This document shows, in pieces, positions 60,951 to 64,000 of a stretch of 64,000 bases of DNA (position 1 is the first letter of the stretch; each line of letters starts with the position of its first letter). The DNA is taken from assembly GCF_006345805.1 (NCBI RefSeq), contig NC_043026.1:8618001-8682000 (forward strand), given 5' to 3'. The DNA comes from Octopus sinensis. Taxonomy: Eukaryota. A program made the translations under genes and the position numbers. Under the pieces are notes generated by a model. That model was given only the letters and a program-made list of their open reading frames with translations. It searched no databases and was not told where the DNA came from.

Positions 60951-61579
60951 AGATATTGAGGCTACTTTAAAAATACAGATTCAACATTTCCCTAGAAAAC
61001 AACAGAACTTTAAATTTATTAAAATTTACATCAGAAAATCCAGAGTGAAGCTGACATATTTCTGAACTCCAGTTACACACTCACACACACATATATATAT
61101 AGTCAATAAAACATAGATCACAAAAGCACACTCTAAGGAATGGAGCAGTAATTATTAAAAGAAAAATTTAAATTCTGGTCCCAGAATTACCAAAGGCTTC
61201 ATCTACATCAGAGCACCAGCTTCGTGGACAGCTTATCAGACTATACAAAACACGGATATGAGGAAACGGTCCAATTGGATCTTTTCGTCTGTTGGCTAGG
61301 TTTATCCGGGTCTTTCAGGGATTTTGGTTTCATCCTATGGTCCATTACCGTGTTTATACGTTAGGCCTCAAATGTTGATATCTGACACACTGCGGCTACC
61401 TATTGCTTTGATTCATCTGGCTCCCCTAACCAGGCCCTTTTTACCCTGGTTAGAGCATCTGCCTTGTTTGTCTCTGAAGGCGCAAAGACCACATTCAGCT
61501 TCAGGCCGAACTCGCCAGCCAGCTCCCCTAGAATCCCTAGGCGGCACTAAGGCTGTATTTGGTCCTTCAGTTATTTCTT

Positions 61580-61680
61580 CTACCTGAAATGACATGCATA
61601 AGATCTGGTCATCAAATCTAAGTAGAGACTTCAAACTTGAAATCTTCAAAGCCACAGTCGAACCAATTCTACTATATGGA
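61580..61680 (+). mobile_element. Short LINE RT fragment
   Basis: NDMHKIWSSNLSRDFKLEIFKATVEPILLYG. Confidence 0.55.
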
Positions 61681-62644
61681 GAGATGTATTAATTGGCTTC
61701 TTACCACGTGGACATGAAGAAATCTTCATGTCCACGTGGTAAGAAGTTTAAACTTTTTTTTTGTCTTTGTATAAGTCTGATGACAAAAGGGGATTGTACC
61801 TGCAACTGGAAGGACCAGCCTTATCCCAGGGTATCACAATAACTCAGAGCTTCGTTATGGGTGTCTTTAGAGTTCTCAGCCACTTGCACATTAATTTCAA
61901 GAGCAGGCGTTCAGTTGATCGGGGTTCATACCACCTGACAGGAAAAGGGGACCACCACAACTGCAGGGCTGCTGTTATAACTCCTTTCAGTTCCTGCCTA
62001 GGTCTTTGCCATGATGACCCTGGACAGGGCATGAAATCATCTGCTTGCTTCCCAGCAGTTAGGGTTAAAGCCAAAGGGGTCAACTACTGACAGGGTCCTG
62101 GATCTTTGTGCACTCATTGAATGCAAGTGGAGCTTCCAAACTGAAAGGTGGGGTGGAACTAGATCTTTGTAGAAAATGTATGTCTGTGACTAGTTACCTA
62201 ACAGCTCACAATTTCTTCTCTTTAACTCCATAAAGAGAAAAAATTATTGGAAATAGTCATTACTCATTTTGCCCCACGAGGAGATTTCACGATTGATTAC
62301 AAGAAGTTTATCAGCCAAGCAAATGGCCTTCCCTGAATGCATTGAAAACATTATAACAGAATCACTATTTCAGGAAATTATCATTGTTCTCTTTGAGTGT
62401 GTAGAAAGAGAAATTTGGCAGAGGCAAGAAAAGGTGAAATTGTCTCTTCAAATTATCCAGAATTACATTTGAAAACAAAGACTCAAACACATCAATATCT
62501 ATCCTTCGACATCTTAAAGATCAGAAATGCAAAAAGCTATTCAAGTATCGAATTCAAATGAAAGAGAATCAGAGAAAAATTGCAAATGATGTGAAATTAA
62601 TGAATATCGAATAAATAGAAAAACTCACTGCTTCCACAAATTCA

Positions 62645-62870
62645 AAAATACATCAAACCTGGTTCGGTTACCTACAGAGATTCCTGGGTGTCTTACAAAA
62701 GATATACAAACATTGGGTTATCAACATTACAGGATAAACCACAAAGAAAATTTTGTTGACACCAAATATGCACACGCAAAACATCGAACGCTTTTGGCGG
62801 GATTTAAAAGAATGGGTGAAAAGGCCAGGTATTCGTTCAAACTATCTACACCAGTACCTGGCCAGGTAAT
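62645..62870 (+). mobile_element. Merlin/IS1016-type DDE transposase C-terminal relic
   Basis: Across two frameshifts: KYIKPGSVTYRDSWVSYK..LGYQHYRINHKENFVD..AH(T)QNIERFWRDLKEWVKRPGIRSNYLHQYLAR, matching the I.PGS.I.SD.W..Y..L...Y.H..VNH...FV....HTQ.IE..W motif. Confidence 0.8.
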
Positions 62871-62976
62871 CATTTATCTCTGCTACAGGAAAGAAAAACA
62901 ACTAAGATGATAACATACAAAAAAAGTTGAAAAAAAATTTCTGGTGAAATCGAGGAAGCACCCCACCCCATCTTAA

Positions 62977-63124
62977 GAGTGGTCCCGGTGCACGCACTCG
63001 CGCTAGCTAGTCGTGACTAGTCAATCCTACAACGACTACCTAGCAAAGTAAATAAAATACCAAAACACAAAGTAAGGATCGACTAGTCGTGATTAGCTAG
63101 AGCGAGTGCGCGCACCGGGACCAC
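62977..63124. mobile_element. MITE family C core (outer TIRs lost)
   Basis: GTGGTCCCGGTGC...GCACCGGGACCAC inverted ends around the same core as 26816-27007. Confidence 0.75.
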
Positions 63125-64000
63125 CCATCCCTGCGTTTTCCATAGTAAAAAATGCACTTGCGATATATAAGGAGGTTGAGGGCGATTTTTCGTTCTGAGT
63201 TGAGACTTATAAAGAAACTTGTTCGCTGGTTTCCATGACGAGGGGTCGCCTTGTCAAGTGCGTGTTTCTTGTACTGTTTGACGACCGGTCGACCTTAAAT
63301 AATCGGTTTTGGAAGTTGAGGAGAAATTTGTTGAAAATAAAACGGTGACTGGCCACCTCACTCTTACGGACTCAATTTCAGGAATAACAACTACGAAGAC
63401 CATAAATATTTATTCATAAATAGAAAATAATGAGGCAATGCTTACAATAAAATTACTCATTTTGCCCCGCTTACTTATTTTGCTCCCGTCCATATATCAA
63501 GAAACAAATATTCGGTGAATCATAATACAGGAATGGATTCTCAACATTTCTGTGGTTGGAGTGTACTTGAGGACATTTCTCCAACTAAAACCCACAAGAA
63601 ACTAACATGCAATCAATAGAAAGCGCAAGAAGAGATGAGAAATTACTCATTTTGCCCCGCTTAATAATTTCGTCCCCCTCCTTTGATCAAGAAACAAATA
63701 TTCGGTGAATTATAATAAAGCATTGGTTTCTCAGCATTTCTGTGGTTGGAGTTTAATTTAAGAACATTTCTCCACCTAAAACACACAACAAACAAACTTA
63801 AAGAAACGATGGAGAGAGTAGAAGGTTGCCGCCATAGCTAGAAATAGCAGCCAAATGTGGAACAAAATCTGATTCACAAAGTATTAAAAGATTAAATGCT
63901 TTCGTTGTTTAATACTTACAGAAATGTCTTTATAAAGGATGGTGTTGTTGTTGTTGCTATGTCAGGTGGTAGAGAAATCTATTATAAATGCGTTTCGGAG

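Overview
AT-rich, repeat-dense animal genomic DNA. It is almost certainly a coleoid cephalopod (octopus-like), inferred from the effector-less C2H2 zinc-finger cluster and the SINE families; this was not confirmed by a database search. All host genes lie on the minus strand. Four paralogous C2H2-ZNF cassettes share one architecture: splice acceptor, ~360-385 nt 5'UTR with conserved uORFs, a single ZNF coding exon, an old piggyBac-like MITE and a 3' block. Three of the four are followed by a polyA signal/hairpin and a solo LTR. ZNF1 (14 fingers) and ZNF2 (23 fingers) look intact. ZNF3 is frameshifted and SINE-disrupted. ZNF4 (15 fingers) is a chimera of two gene starts and trails a decayed finger array. 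Between ZNF2 and ZNF3 sits a 1839-aa single-coding-exon protein with about six tandem NHL-like beta-propeller modules and a candidate TATA promoter with non-coding exons. The rest is transposon material: a Gypsy pol relic, CR1, RTE, Tx1-like and RLE LINE fragments, three tRNA-derived SINE families, non-autonomous Helitrons, piggyBac and mariner MITEs, Merlin-type MITEs with a Merlin transposase relic, and a Penelope-type repeat carrying a minimal hammerhead-like motif. Two tandem arrays (~56 x 105/106 bp and 8 x 64 bp) arose inside copies of the same retroelement 3' end. Family names and most repeat boundaries come from manual reading and are approximate.
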